Source: Raillietiella orientalis
Taxonomy: Eukaryota
Assembly (NCBI GenBank): GCA_036172245.1
Contig: JAYWIR010000009.1
Span: 3,348,001 to 3,412,000 of the forward strand
Length of the DNA: 64,000 bases
Direction: 5' to 3'
The position numbers and the translations under genes are program-made. The notes under the pieces were generated by a model, which did no database searches, was not told the DNA's origin, and saw only the letters and a list, made by a program, of their open reading frames with translations. Below, in pieces: positions 35,770 to 48,330 of the stretch (the stretch's first letter is position 1; each line of letters begins with the position of its first letter).

Positions 35770-36230
35770 TGTTGCCCTCCTGCCCCTACGGAAGCGTCTT
35801 GCGACGGCCCTCCCGGTCACGGCTTGCGACTTCGGGGACGCCTATTCGTTAGGGGTGCGCTGCCGCCTCAGGACAGTCGCGGCGGACTGGAGCGTCGTCG
35901 AAGAGGCGAGGGTGACGGCAAGATGGCGCCACCTGCGACCTATACGGCAGGAACTTGCCGGCAACCTTCAGCGGAGGCAGAGGACGCTAGTCCTCAGTTC
36001 TTCCCGGTCCCCCCACCCCAACTCTAACCGACCGATTTCGTATGCGCTCGTTTCTTTTTACTCTTTTTTTATTTACTTTTCGCTCGCGCCTCCCCTCCCC
36101 CCCCCTGCTGCCGGAGTGGCCCCGTCCGGCCTGCGTGCCGGCACCTCGGCAGGTTCCTCGCCCGCCACGCTCGCGCAGGATTCTCGAAGCGAGCTCTCCG
36201 GAGCCGCGGTCTTTGCCAGCGGCTTCGCCG
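35770..36230 (+). mobile_element. L1/Tx1-type ORF2 end and 3' UTR fragment, copy F
   Basis: caagatggcgccacctgcgacc..caggaacttgccggca..cagaggac, a T-rich tract and ggcctgcgtgccggcacctcggcaggtt match 52645-52850 and the copy B/D 3' UTR. Confidence 0.65.
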
Positions 36231-37129
36231 GAGGGAGGGAGGAGCGCGCATTCCCTGCCCGGGAAGTACTCTGAGACGCGTCTCCTGTTCTTGTGCGGCG
36301 GCCGCGGCCTCGCGCGTCTGGGATCGACCTGGGACGCGCGGCACCCGGACGCGCCGTGGACGGGGGAGCGTCGAGAAAGACGGCCGACCGAGCCCCGCCG
36401 ATGCCGCCACGCCCGAATGCAGGAGGAGTGGATTTTCCATTCTCCTCGTTCGGGTGCGGCGTGAGCTCCCTCCCGGTCGCGAGGGAGCGCGCGTGCGTCC
36501 CTCCGTGAGAGGAGAAAGAAGAAAAATCGACACAGAAAGGTGGGAGCACTCATCCCAGGGTCGGCAACAGGAAGTCAGTGGCGAGCAGCTGCCGACGCGC
36601 TGGTCCACGGAAGAAGTCCGTAGAGGGATGGCGGGAACAGTGGGACATTCGCGTTCAGGGCCAGCGCTATCTCTTCCTGAAAAGAGGGCCACCTCGCCGT
36701 AGTCTCCCTTGTATGGACGGCTGCCGTGCTGACGACCTCCCTTCCGAGACTTCAGCGCGCGGCGGCCCGTCATGATGGCTCCAAGGTCTCCATCAGCGGC
36801 GCCGCAAGAGAGTCTGCCGAGGCACGAGTCGTGGCGACGGCGGCGTCCTTGGGGTGGCTGAGTGCCGATGATGTCCTCCGCTGCAGAACACCGCAGTCCG
36901 GCAACAACGGGTGCGGGAACGGCTCGGTCGTCCCGCGCCGGGAACAGTTCGGCGGTACCGGTTTTTCGGGAACGAGACATCGTCGCCGGTCACCTTTCAG
37001 GAATAGCACCACCTGATGTGCACACTTCAAGGGCAGCACTGAGGCGTCTACGCACAGAGGGGCGACCACACGTTCTTCAGGAAGAGATTCGCACCTTCAA
37101 TGAAGACTCCCCTCCGCTCAGGAACGAGG

Positions 37130-37900
37130 GGTGGTGGCGTACGCCACCTCTCCTGTCGTCCAGCTGCTGCAATGGCGCAGGGGAAGCCTACTCCGCCACC
37201 GGCTGGCGACCGCCCTTGGTGGCCCTCAGGGTAGGCAGCACCGGGGCAAGGGGTGTGGCAGCCAGACGGCGCCGCTTCTTCCGGTGCGGCAGGATATTTC
37301 CAAGGGGGGTGTTCCCGACGAGTCGCAAAGGACGATGTCCACTGTAGGAGAGCTCTTAAAGTGGACGCCCAGCTTGCCGAAGTCCCCTGCCGCTTCGCGT
37401 CGAGGTTCCGTTTGTGGCAGGAGATGGCGCTTCAGCAAGGAGGTCACGCGCCCCAAAGGATGTCCGTACCCTGAATCCTTTCGCGGTCGCGCGGTAGCAC
37501 AGAGGGAGGTGCTTTGCAACCGATGCACCGTCGCAGGATGAGGCGGCACATGCGGGCGCACACCTCGAGGTGGTCTGCCGCGACGCTCCAGGCTTCGGGG
37601 CTGCACCCGCAGCTCCCATCTTCTGTGGGCCGAGGATGCTTGTTCTTTCAGGAGGACTCACCACCCGACGGTCCCGCTGGCCTCTCCCCAGAGGGCTCTG
37701 ACCGTCGCAGCGTGAGAGGGGAAGCCAAAGAAGTCAGAAGAGTCTTCAGCGTCCGCTTATGCCTTCCAGTGATCTTCCGGAGAATGCCGCTGGCCCTCTG
37801 CTCTCGAGTCCTCGCCGCCCGAGTTGCCTGGCGACGCCGTAGCGAGACAGCACTCTCGGCGCGACTCTCGCCGGTTCCCAGACGGAGAGCGCCCAAGTCC
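37130..37900 (-). mobile_element. Decayed AP-endonuclease region of an L1/Tx1-type ORF2
   Basis: Minus-strand motifs in order KDSGYGHP (LxDxW..hP), GKLGVHF (SRLDYIF), SGHRPL (SDHxP) and PPWKYP (WKLN). Distantly homologous to 53650-54350. Confidence 0.55.
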
Positions 37901-40900
37901 CAGGCCTTGCTGATCCGCGTCCTCCTCTCCCGACACCATCCCGACATCAACCCTTCCGGCGCCCGGGGGTTCCCCGTCCACAAAGGCGCCGCCGCGCATC
38001 CCATCCCCGGGGGGGGAACGCGCGCGCCGCTGAGCCGTCGGAACTCCTGAGCGCGCTCCTGGTATGTCTGATGACTCTGCCTCCTCGAGGGACACGCCCT
38101 TCGGGGTCGCCCCCCTTCGGCCCTACCGGAGGTAATCCACGAGATGGGCAGAGGGCAGGGTTACCGCTCCTTCCGCCGCCTCCCTTTCAATCCATCGCTG
38201 CCGGAACTGTGCAGTGGTGTGGCAGAGTCCCGCACTCCTTGCTCCTTCCCGACGCGGGACCTGAGAATTGCCACCGCGTGGCCAGTCCGTCCCTACCATC
38301 TACGCGTGGGCCCCTCCTTCCCATTTGTGACCCTGCGAGGCGCTCTGGCCCCTTCGTTCCGGGACGACTGAAGATGCCTGGAACCTTTTTTTTTAACTCG
38401 CATTTTTCGACTGCGCGTCCATGACAGCCCGGAATGAGAAGTGTTCGGGACTTCCGCCGCGGGATTCTATCCGTGGGACTCCGCGCACGGAGTGTCTGAT
38501 GCACGGCGGGGGGCAGGAAGGGTCAGGAAACGGCGGCTAGGATGCAATCGCAGCAGTGAAGACGAGGCGAAGGCGAACCTCAGCGCGCAGAGCCGCGGGT
38601 AGGTCCCAGCGGAAGCGGAGCGGCCGGAAAGATGGGAGGGCAGAGAGCACCGGCAGAGAAACATCTCTGCGGTGCCCGGTCGAGGGTTCCCCGTGCGAAG
38701 CTCCAGGGTCTGGGACGCCGGAGGCTACGGGACACCCTCGCGAAAGCCCCGCCGAGCTCTGTGGGGGGGTTTCGCCCGGTGGTGTAGCGAAACGCGCAAA
38801 GTGTCTCTTCCAGGAGCCTCGGAGGGTAAGGCGCTCCCATCCGATTTCGTCTCGACGGTCCCTGAGGACCCGAGATGAGCGGTTTTGACGGTCGGGTGCG
38901 CGCGCTCTGCGGCTGTGACGTCACGCCGGAAAACGTGACGAAAGGCGACTTTGGTTTGTCCTCCTCCTCCCGAGAGATTTGCTTCCGGTTCTTCTGCACG
39001 GGTCACGTCAGGATGGAAGCCATCGATGCGAGTCCATCTGTCCGATTTCAGTGGGGGCATTCAGGTCGACTCTCCCGTCAGAAATGAGGGTCTCCCCGCT
39101 AATGTTGCAATGTGGGGTGCCATGGGGAGACATTGCCATGGAGAGACGCGGATCTGCTCGCTGGTTCATTGTCTGATGTGATTGCTGCGTAGGTGACCTC
39201 ATCCCCGTCTCTTTGCTCTCTTTGTCTCCCGCGATGCGTTGCCATGGATGTGCGTCAAAGACGACTGTTAATGGCACGCATTCCCATTGGCGGGGCTTCA
39301 AGGTTTTCTTTCTACGCTTTCTTTCTACGTGCGCTCACGAGCGTGCACTTCTTCTTCGGAGGGGAAGGGAGTTCAATGCGGCGCCATCCTCTTCTGCCTT
39401 CTCTTTGTCCCATTTTCAGAGCACCGTCTTCCGTCGGGCAAACTAGGAACCTACGAGCGAGCCAATACGAGCGAGTTCTTCAAGGTGCATTCTTGCCTAC
39501 TTTGTTCCTAGACTCTGGCGCCAATCTTGCCTTCCTTGTGTCGAAACTGGCTCAAATCTTGCTACCCGTGTGCCGAGATCCTGGATCCGTTTGTTTATTT
39601 GCGATTTTTTTTTTTTTTCTCCAAGTCGTGGCTCCTGGCGTGGAGCCTGGAAGCCAGTTGGGACTTCTGGTTCGAATGATAGTGCACCACCCGAGGCAGA
39701 GTTGCAGACTCTTTCCTGCAGCCGCCGGGATCTCTTTGTTTCCCGAGGGATCTCTGAGCAACTGCCCTTGTTGCCAGTTTTTTCTCGGACCGATTCCCTC
39801 AGGCAGCACTTCTTGGACGCTCCTTTACCAGCTGTGGACCAGCCATTGCAAGGAGTGAGCATGAGAGGCGAGGCGCTGGATCATTTCCACAAAGCTGTGT
39901 CGTGCTTTCGGCTGCAGATCCTCCTTTTTTTTTCGTCCAGTTTCCAGTGACGGCGTCCAGCTGCTGGGCTGAGCGATCCGTGCAGAAAACTGCTTATCCC
40001 CTCCCCCTCCCCTCCCACCTTTCCAGCGCTGACCTTCCGGAGTCGGCGTCCCATCGGCGAGACTGCGTCCGCCTCCGCATCAGCAGGAAGGCGGGAGCGT
40101 CTCCCAAGGGCGTAAGGAATGGAGTCGGAGTTGCCCGTTACGAATGCCCTTTCCCTCGAGAGGAGTCCTCACCCCACCTCAAGCATGCGCCATCAGGCGC
40201 GGCGCCGTCTCCTCTTTCACTGCTTCGGGGGGTGCAGTTGGCTTTCTGACCTTGTCAATGAGGAAAGGATCCCCTCCCGAGGTGGTCTGTTCTGGTGGTC
40301 GGTTCTGCGACGGCAGTGTGGGTGCGGAGGATGCAGCCTCCTTGCATGAGCTCACTGCAGCGCCCAACGTGACGATGTGCCATGTTGGACCCGAGGCTCC
40401 GCCTTTTCTCCCCTCCTTCGGTTTCGCCTGCTCCCCGGTCCCCCCTCCCTTCTCACGAATGCCGATAGTCCCAAGGAGCAGGGAGAACGGAAGACAGGGC
40501 GGTCCAATATAGAGAATTTCCCCGGCAACCGCCGACGGACGGCGTTTGCCGGGGAAATCGCTCGCAGAGCCGGTTCCTACTTGAGAGCGGCCGCGCCCCC
40601 CGCACGTGTCAGGCCGCCATCTTCTGCGGGCACGCACGCCACCGCACTAGACGCCCTCCAGAGTCTCGACTTGAGGTCCAGCCGCCAGCACCATACCGGC
40701 CTATTCTCCAGGGGTCTTCCCCACGCCCCCAAGAAACGCGGTCGAGGGCTGAGCTGCTTCTGCCAACGGCCAGTGGCAACCCGCCGGCTCTTCTAGAGCA
40801 GGCCACCCCCTCCTTTCTCTTCTCTTCCTCCTCCTCCCAACTCCATCTTCCGGAGAGTCTGCGCCCACCAGAGAGGCGACAGCCGCCCGCCCGTGAGACC

Positions 40901-42079
40901 CCATCTCTTGACTCCTGCCGCTGCTGCCAGGGTTCCATTACCCTCCTCCCCCTCTTGCTGCTGCTAAAAGTCTGAGAAATGATGGAAGCAAGGAGGCTGA
41001 AGGAAGAGGATCCGGTCATCTCCTCCAACCAGTCCCCTTCTTACCGCATGGAAACTTCCCCACTCTCCGGCTCGCGTCACTCACTGGGAACATCCTCTTC
41101 GCGTTCCTGGGGGACGTTCCTCTCTTAACCCTCCCTTGATCTCAGGTCACTCGCAGGTCATCTCCTTTTTCGGCTTCCTTCCATCCGGCGGTACTTTCAT
41201 CCGAGCTACGCAGCTTTTGAGATGGGCGGGTTCCGGGCAGCGGCGGTTTCCCTCGTCTGGAGACGAGACCTTGCCCGGCGCCACGTCCAGAAGAGGGGCA
41301 GCAAAAGCGGGGCGACCCCAGGAGACGATGGAGAAAGCGAAAGTGGTCCGAAGCAAGGAGACCCTGTGGTCAGAGATCGCCAAGAAGGCGCGGTCAAGGG
41401 CAATGATGAGGAAAAACACGTGGCTTTCCAAGTTTTCGGCGATGAGGTCACTGGGCAAAGCCAAGAGTTAAAGAGGACAGCAGCGCCGTCGAAACTACGG
41501 AGTAGGTGGACGTGTTCGAGGATACGGAGGAAAGGAGGATGAGGATGAAGAGGAAGAGAAGGGGAGAGGAGGAGGAGGAAGGAAGGAGAAGGCGGGCAGC
41601 GTCTCTAAGATGACGATCGCAGCTTCCGGAGAGGTCAGGCGTCTGGCAAGAGCGACGGAGCTAAGGTCGCGGTCGTCGAAGAGGCAGCCACCGAGGGCGT
41701 GGCGTGAATCACAGGATGCCAGGACCCCATCGGAGGCTCTCGGCAGCTGCTGGAGTTAGCGGGGATCGCGCCGGCAGCGGCTCCGCTTCTGCCGCTGCTG
41801 GGGAACCCTCCACTCTCCGCAGGCTCCTTGGAGGTTCTCCCAAAATGAGAGCTGCGGGGGTTTCTGCGGTGCTGTCTCTCTCGCGCAGGTCGGCCGGGAT
41901 CACGCGAGGAAGGAATAGGCTACCACTCTGGTCCGCAGAGGATTTCGTCCTGCAGACGTCCTGGGATGCGAGGCTTCCCAGTCGGTTGCTCGTGGGCGGC
42001 ACCCTGCGACCCGAGCGCCCTCTTCGTGGCTTCAAATAGGGTTCTATCCTCGAGAAGGCGACCGGTGCCTCGGACCGTG

Positions 42080-43330
42080 CGCCAGAACTGCTCAACGTGA
42101 TGCGACCGACACGCGCACGTGGTGATCACGGAGATGCTTTGTGACGGGGAGAGCGTGCTGAGGACAGCGGACCCGTTCCGTGCGATCCAAGAGAGCGCCA
42201 GCTGCTACCCTGGTGAGGAAGGAAGGGAGGAACGCACGCGGCAGCCTGAAGGAGTGCTTGCAAAGCGCCTTCCTCCTCTCGGACCGCTCTCTGCGCCTGC
42301 CAGACTTCCGCTTGCTGCCGCCTACGTACCCTGGTCACACGAAGGATCTTCCAAGGGCTGCTTGGATGCCGGTTCTGACGGGAACTCCTCGCCTCGCGGT
42401 TGATCCTCAATGCTTGAAGCGTGGGCAAGCAAAGGTGGCCGTTCCAGGAACTTCCTCGAGTGACCTTGCTGCCGGAAACGCTCTCGGGGAGTGGTTCGCA
42501 TTCCCAGAAGTTCCGAATGGAAGCTCTTTGCCTGCCTGGCCGGAGGTTCCGGACTCCGCTGACCCCAAGCCCTGGAGCTACCCTGCGCCCCGGAAACACT
42601 GCTCCACTGGAACACACCAGAGGACGCCTCGACGGGCCGAGAGCGCCGGACCTGACCTGCAGCCTAGCGCATGAGGCGAAATACGCTCGGAGACAACCGT
42701 GCCGCCGGGGTCCGCGCGTGCGCGAGGCGTACGACGGCGACCGCGGCCGGGGAGAGTGGGGAGTGGGTTTCCCCCCCTCCATCCTGTGCCTACTTCATGG
42801 AGTAGAGTGCTGGAGAGGAGCAGGACGCCTCAGGGCAAGCTAGAGATAGGCTGCCGCGCTCATTTCCAGGAGGAGAAGAGGCCGGCTGCTACCTCCTGGC
42901 TCACCGCCCTTCCGCAAGGGGGCGGCTCAAGGATGCCCACTAACCCCGAAGACCAGGGAAATGCCCGTTCGAGGGTCCAGCTGCAGCACTGGGTCTGGGA
43001 GAGAACCCTCTTGCGTCTGCCATTCCCTGATGCGACCCTCGGCCGCGCAGCCTCAAAGGTAGCCGTTGCAAAGAACCGCGGGCGCCAAACCATGCACGTA
43101 GCAACCGCTAGAACGTGCTTCCGCTCACTGGAGACCGGGATGGCAGCGCACGGCGCCGTGCGGATCACAGGGGGAGCCGAAACGTGGCCGCAGATCGCCT
43201 TCCTTCCGTGTCATTGGGCGCCACTCCGAGAGAATCCCCAACGTCATCTCCGCTACCCCTCTCGGAGATGTGCCCACAGCAGGAGCGGAGAGAAGGATCA
43301 GGGTGAAGGGGGTCCTCGGCAAACAGCGGC
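42080..43330 (+). mobile_element. Decayed AP-endonuclease/N-terminal ORF2 of an L1/Tx1-type element (ORF1-like debris upstream, about 40.2-42.0 kb)
   Basis: Ordered motifs LLNV, DPFRAIQES (DxxxLQET), EGVL, AAAYVP (NVYAP), LA.D/LN with a frameshift (GDFN), GRLD (SRLD) and W..FPPSIL. Confidence 0.6.
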
Positions 43331-43459
43331 TGGGATTCAGAGCTTCAGAGCGGAAGGATTCAGCGGAACCAGGGGTAATTTGGGAGTAGCATCGCGGTAA
43401 GGGAATAACCGTCTCCTTCTCGCTCAAGGGGTCGATCCCTCTCTCTGGACATTCCAAGA

Positions 43460-43620
43460 TCTGTCTTCCTCCTGCTTCATTGCTCTTCCTCTCTCTTTCA
43501 CCTCTTCCTCTTTTCACCCTCTCCTCTTCCTTCCTCTTTCTTCTTCTTCCCCTTCTTTTTTCCCTCTCCTCCTCATCTCTTCCTCCTCCTTTCTCTTCCT
43601 TCCTCCCCCTCCTCCTCAGC
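43460..43620. repeat. Polypyrimidine (TC/TCC) low-complexity tract
   Basis: About 160 nt almost exclusively C and T on the + strand. Confidence 0.85.
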
Positions 43621-43700
43621 TCGGTCTCCAAACCGGGAGATGCAAGCGATCCTACGCAATCAGAGTGAAACGCAGAAAAGCAGCGGGCGAAGCTCCCTGC

Positions 43701-46372
43701 CTTCTCCCGGCTGTTATCGTTTCCTCTCTATGCCGGCTGGGGTCCCTCCCTGTTCCGTCTTTCCCCCTTTTCCTCCCTTCCCTTCCTGTCTCTCTCCCTC
43801 GCTTCCGACTTCTCGCTCAAGGAACTCTGGGAGCGGTGCGCGCGCCTAGCCCGCCGCGTTTGGACCCGTCGCACGGTGGCGCCCTCAGTGTACGACCGCT
43901 GCAGGGACAGTACGGTGCTCTCTTGGAAAGGAGGCCAGTGTCGCGTCCGAAAGACTACAGGCTGCCGCGCCCTCGGCGTTCCAGCGACGCCGCCCCTCAT
44001 TGCCGACGGGGTCGAGGAAGAGGAACCGGCGCCGGCCGCTCGTCCTCTGCGTACTGGTGATGCTGTGCGCTGTCCCGTGCCACCCCCTCCGCCCCTGCGC
44101 GAGCACGGTCGAAGCTGTGAGGCGGGCGGTGTTCCATGCCCTCTCCTCTCACAAGCGGTGGCGCCTGGACTGTCTGTCGTTCGCGAGCGCCATAGCCGTC
44201 ACGCCGGTCGCACCGGAGGGAGGCTGCGACTACCGAAAGCTGGGCGACGTCCACAACGGTGCGTACAGCTTTCTCGTCCGCGACGAGGCGACGGCTGGCG
44301 TGGATCTCCCGGAGACCGTCGGCGACCCCGTGCCCGTATTCCCTTGGACCGACCTCGGAGTGCCCTCGGACGTTGAGAGAGCCCACGAGCTATCCGGGCA
44401 GAAGTTGGACGTCTGCGCGGTCATCAATCCCCCATACGTGTACCTCACCGAAAGGGGTCCGGACGGCATCGAATATCAGGTGCTCTCCCTCTTGGCGGGG
44501 CGGCTGAAATTCACATACGAGATAAACTTCCTGAACTCGTCCTCCAGCTACGCCCCATGGGACAGCTGCATTGGGGACCTCGACAGAGGCAGGTACGACC
44601 TCGCCATGGGCGGTTACTATTCGAAATACCCGAACTACGACAGCACAATGGAGTTCCTGGTCAGTCGCGTGCTAATCCTCACCAACTACTACTCCTCGGC
44701 GTCCTGCTACGTCCTGATCCTGAAATCCTTCGAGGTGGAAACGTGGATCGCATTGTACGGGATGTGCGTCCTGGTGTGCGCTCTGGGGGTGGCCTCGCTG
44801 ACCTTGCGGTGTCGGCAGCGGAGATTACGCCTCACCGTCGGCTTGGTGGAGGACGTGGCTTTCGACGTGTTCAGCGCCGCGGTGCTGCAGGCGGAGAAAG
44901 AGAGGCCGTGGTGCCCTTCCTACGGAGTACTCCTGCTCTCCTGGAAGATCTGCATGTTCACCGTGTGCTGCGCCTTCCAGGCTTCGATCCTCTCCCTTCT
45001 GGTGAACAGCTGCGTGAAGACCATCGACACAAAGGAGGAGCTCAACAGCTCCATGCTGAAGCTGGCATGGAAACCGTTCTACATCTTCCCGAAGAGCCTG
45101 CATCTGAAGAACGAGCTCGAGTTGCGCTTCGCAACCATCGAGGACGCCCTCCAGGAGATGAGGGACCAGGAGAACAAGTTTGCCGTCCTCACGGACTATG
45201 AAAGTCTGCGGTCTGCATCCGCGAGCATCCAGAAACTCCAGAGAGAAGGGCACTTCTACTTCAGCAAGAAATTCGTGACAGAGAACTCCATCGTCATCTA
45301 CCTGAGCAAGATGAGACGCCTCCGGGACCCCATGAACCTCATCATGCTGCGACTTCTCGAGACGGGGGTCCTGCAGTACCTCATCGTCTTCTTCGGAATG
45401 GACACGTCGTTTGTCAGCCATATGGACGTCCCCGAGAAGAGGATCGAGTTCCTCCAGATAAGCAGCGTGTATTTCATGTTCTGCTTCTTGATCTTCATCT
45501 CCTGCGCGTCGTTCCTGCTCGAGCTGATGCACAGCAGGACCGCCGGAAGTGACAGCAGCGGCGCTGCTCGAGCACGCGGTCGAGCAGAGTGAGAGCGCGC
45601 AAAAGGACGCGCGCGGTGCCCATTTCCCCCGCATCGGATTCTCCGCGGAGGGACGCAGCCACGCATCCCACTGGCGTCGCTCGTTAGCTGGTCTCTACCT
45701 CGGTGTGGTCAATAAACGCTGGAATTTCTTCTGTCACATCGACCACGTCAACGGCATGCCTTTTGGCAATTTTTGCCCTCATCCTCGTTCAGGCGAACTG
45801 GAAAGCGTCCAGAGATCGAAGGTGGTCCCGCATCACCTTGGAAGCTGATGCTTCTCTCCTCTCTTTTCTTCTCTTCTCTCCTCTTCTCTTCCTCACTCGG
45901 CGGTGGTGTCCATCGAATGTCCCACCTTCTCGGGAATAGGATGGCTCCCGCTGCATCCTCGTGACGCCAACCGGACCGGGTCTAGCGGCTCCGGGTTCCA
46001 CGACTCTCTCCGTGTTCTCCAGCGAGATCCCAGATCTCCGCCGCAAGGGAAACGCTGCTGCCTCCTACCTTCACGGTTCAGATGCGCTGGCGGATGGTGG
46101 CTCCATGTGGCGGTGGTGTTGCATCTTCCGGGATAGGCAGGGCGAGGACACGATGACGGCGATGGCGATCGCCCGGTAGGTTCCGCACACCACGCCACCC
46201 TCCGGCGGCGACTGGACGGATGGATTTGCAGTCCTGTGTGAGCTGCAGAGTGGCTTCAGCAGTCCCCTGAGCATCGGAAAGGGGAGAGTTCTGGAGCGGG
46301 AAAATGTTGGAGAACCCTGAGGAGCGACAGCGATGGTGCAGTGCAAGTCAGCCAGCCAGCATGTATGCTAAC
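43701..46372 (+). repeat. Direct segmental duplication, copy 1 (2672 bp; copy 2 at 55631-58302)
   Basis: Starts cttctcccggctgttatcgt and ends gcatgtatgctaac in both copies, with a constant offset of 11930 nt and no indels seen. Confidence 0.97.
44000..45592 (+). CDS. Intronless divergent ionotropic receptor (IR / iGluR-like ligand-gated channel), copy 1; first in-frame ATG at 44060
   Basis: S1 lobe (PPYVY..DGIEYQVLSLLAGRLKFTY..WDSCIGDL..DLAMGG), pre-M1 KSFEVETW, M1, M3 AFQASILSLL (diverged SYTANLAAF), S2 MNLIMLRLLETGVL and M4. Strong GC3 codon bias. Confidence 0.88.
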   Translation: MPTGSRKRNRRRPLVLCVLVMLCAVPCHPLRPCASTVEAVRRAVFHALSSHKRWRLDCLSFASAIAVTPVAPEGGCDYRKLGDVHNGAYSFLVRDEATAGVDLPETVGDPVPVFPWTDLGVPSDVERAHELSGQKLDVCAVINPPYVYLTERGPDGIEYQVLSLLAGRLKFTYEINFLNSSSSYAPWDSCIGDLDRGRYDLAMGGYYSKYPNYDSTMEFLVSRVLILTNYYSSASCYVLILKSFEVETWIALYGMCVLVCALGVASLTLRCRQRRLRLTVGLVEDVAFDVFSAAVLQAEKERPWCPSYGVLLLSWKICMFTVCCAFQASILSLLVNSCVKTIDTKEELNSSMLKLAWKPFYIFPKSLHLKNELELRFATIEDALQEMRDQENKFAVLTDYESLRSASASIQKLQREGHFYFSKKFVTENSIVIYLSKMRRLRDPMNLIMLRLLETGVLQYLIVFFGMDTSFVSHMDVPEKRIEFLQISSVYFMFCFLIFISCASFLLELMHSRTAGSDSSGAARARGRAE

Positions 46373-46399
46373 AAATGTCTTGGAGGAAGAAGTGGACCG

Positions 46400-47760
46400 T
46401 GCGTGCATCTTTTCTGTTCCTTCCTGCCGGGTGCCATTTTCTGCACCTCCATCCGCATAATGAATCGCCGCTGTCCCACTACTGTCATTGTCATCAGTTT
46501 CGGGTCATTTGTCCCAGATGATCTGCAGGCTCTGTGCTTGCGAGAAACATCCAGAAGTTTGCAAAGGATCCGCAGAAGGTCAAAGGAATCCAGGAGCGTA
46601 AATTGGATGTAACTCATCATCGCTTAAGAAAAAGATGGGAATTTGTCATTATGGATACGATTTGAGGAGAGAGCCTTCTGCTATGTCATCGAAAACAACC
46701 GATTTAATTGCATTCTGCCTCATTGGACTCGAGGTGTTTGTCTCCGTATTCCGGTCCATTAAGCGCATTGGCAACAGCAGCATGCGGAAAGTAGCAAAGA
46801 AGGGATGCTGGCCAGCATTTTGTCGAAGCTCACAGCAGCGAGCACGGAGCTCCAGGAATCCATCTGGCCACGGCTCGATCGAATGCATGCAACTTTTCCG
46901 CCCACGTGCTGTCAACCACAAGAAATCCACAAGTGGCGCTTCCGCAGCTGTGCGACCCGGCACGACCCACGAAGAACTGCCCGCCCTGTGGCCTCAAAGA
47001 AAACCTGCAGGTGCCCTTGAGTTTCTTCGGGTAACGACGTTGGTGCCCGGAAAAGAGAAATGGACCCTTTCCTGCCCTCTTGATTTCACACCCTCTGGAG
47101 ACTACCAGGGGGATGCGGATGCCATTCCCAGCACAAGTTCAGCAATGCCCGAACGTTGTCCGCGCCTGTGACCCCTCAGGGTGACAGTGGATGGGAATTG
47201 GCCGTCGTAAAAGATGATAGCGGACCCATGAAGAGGATGCTTGCAGTCTGATTTGATGTCCCGCCCTCAGATGTCTTCTCCCGGTCAGCAAGCATTCTGT
47301 GGTCATGTGTGAATGGCCGTAGAAAGGGCTTCCTGGATTTTCTGGATTTCCATCCAGACACCGAAAGCACGACGGAGGTCGACAGCATTTCAATGCAGTG
47401 CAGATGCAGGCAAATGGTTAATGCAGGATGAGCGAATTGCAACGAATCTCCTGGAGCTTGTGGCCATATGGCAGGTAGCATTGGCAGAATCTTGGCCAGC
47501 ATTTTCCGCTCGCTTGACGATCAGCTGCAAGAAGCACCGTCTCACATCTGATGCTTCAGCACATCTGTTGCGCATCAAACCTCATCTTGCAAGTGGATGC
47601 AGGACATTTTTTCTCGTTGATTCTCTTTGCCTCTCTGTACGCAGACCACGACTTTTGCAGTTTTGCAATTCCTCTATGTATGAAAATGCCAAACGATTCC
47701 TTCAGCAGCTGCAAACAACAGGATCTCGGTATTCCTTCTTCCTTGCACACTGTGGCTATG
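46400..47760 (-). mobile_element. Possible decayed EnSpm/CACTA-like DNA transposon fragment
   Basis: C2H2-like remnants (KCPASTCKMRF) followed by DDIAEGSLLKSYP and IFFLSDDELHP, resembling the DIxDG / LYxDE motifs. Many stops. Confidence 0.25.
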
Positions 47761-48330
47761 AGGTGATGTCTTCGGATCTAAGTGGACGAGGGTAGCACTC
47801 TCGTGGACAAGTTCCCTCGACGGATGCTGTTTCTCTGATCGAACATCTCCTACATTGCTCTCATGGGCGAAGGACTAACCTTCCCTAACCCCCCTACCTA
47901 CTTGCCCTTCTCATACAGAGAGGAATTGCGGCTGCAGAGATCTGATCGCACGTGGGGTCTCGCTGCTTCTTGCAGCCAAAGAATTTACCAACATTGATGA
48001 ATGCTACCATATGACCTCTTACAACAGGTGTTGCCATCACCAACGAAGCTAATCTCAATCTCGGTAGCTCATCTGTTCTGCGAGTTATCAACTATACGCA
48101 GAGCCGAAACGGACTAGGGAAGTACGAAGGGCAGAAACCCCCGACTACCCTTAAAAAAGCAATCTGAGTAAATCGAACCGTTTCCCATAGGCAAAGAGGG
48201 CATTTATTTCATTGAAGTTCTTGGGCACTGCAAGTTCCATTCGCGGCCATCACCGTTCGAATAGGAGAATTTGATGGCCTTTACCGTCAGTTGATGCCCT
48301 CTGGACAGTGGCCTGTGCTGCGAACGTTCA

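Noticed and set aside
35918..35930. YY1-like CAAGATGGCG promoter motif
   Set aside because: Lies within the LINE ORF2-end homology block (copy F), so it is explained by the repeat.
44825..45634. Antisense and alternative-frame ORFs over the IR genes (also 56755-57564)
   Set aside because: Shadow ORFs caused by high GC3 codon usage of the IR coding strand.
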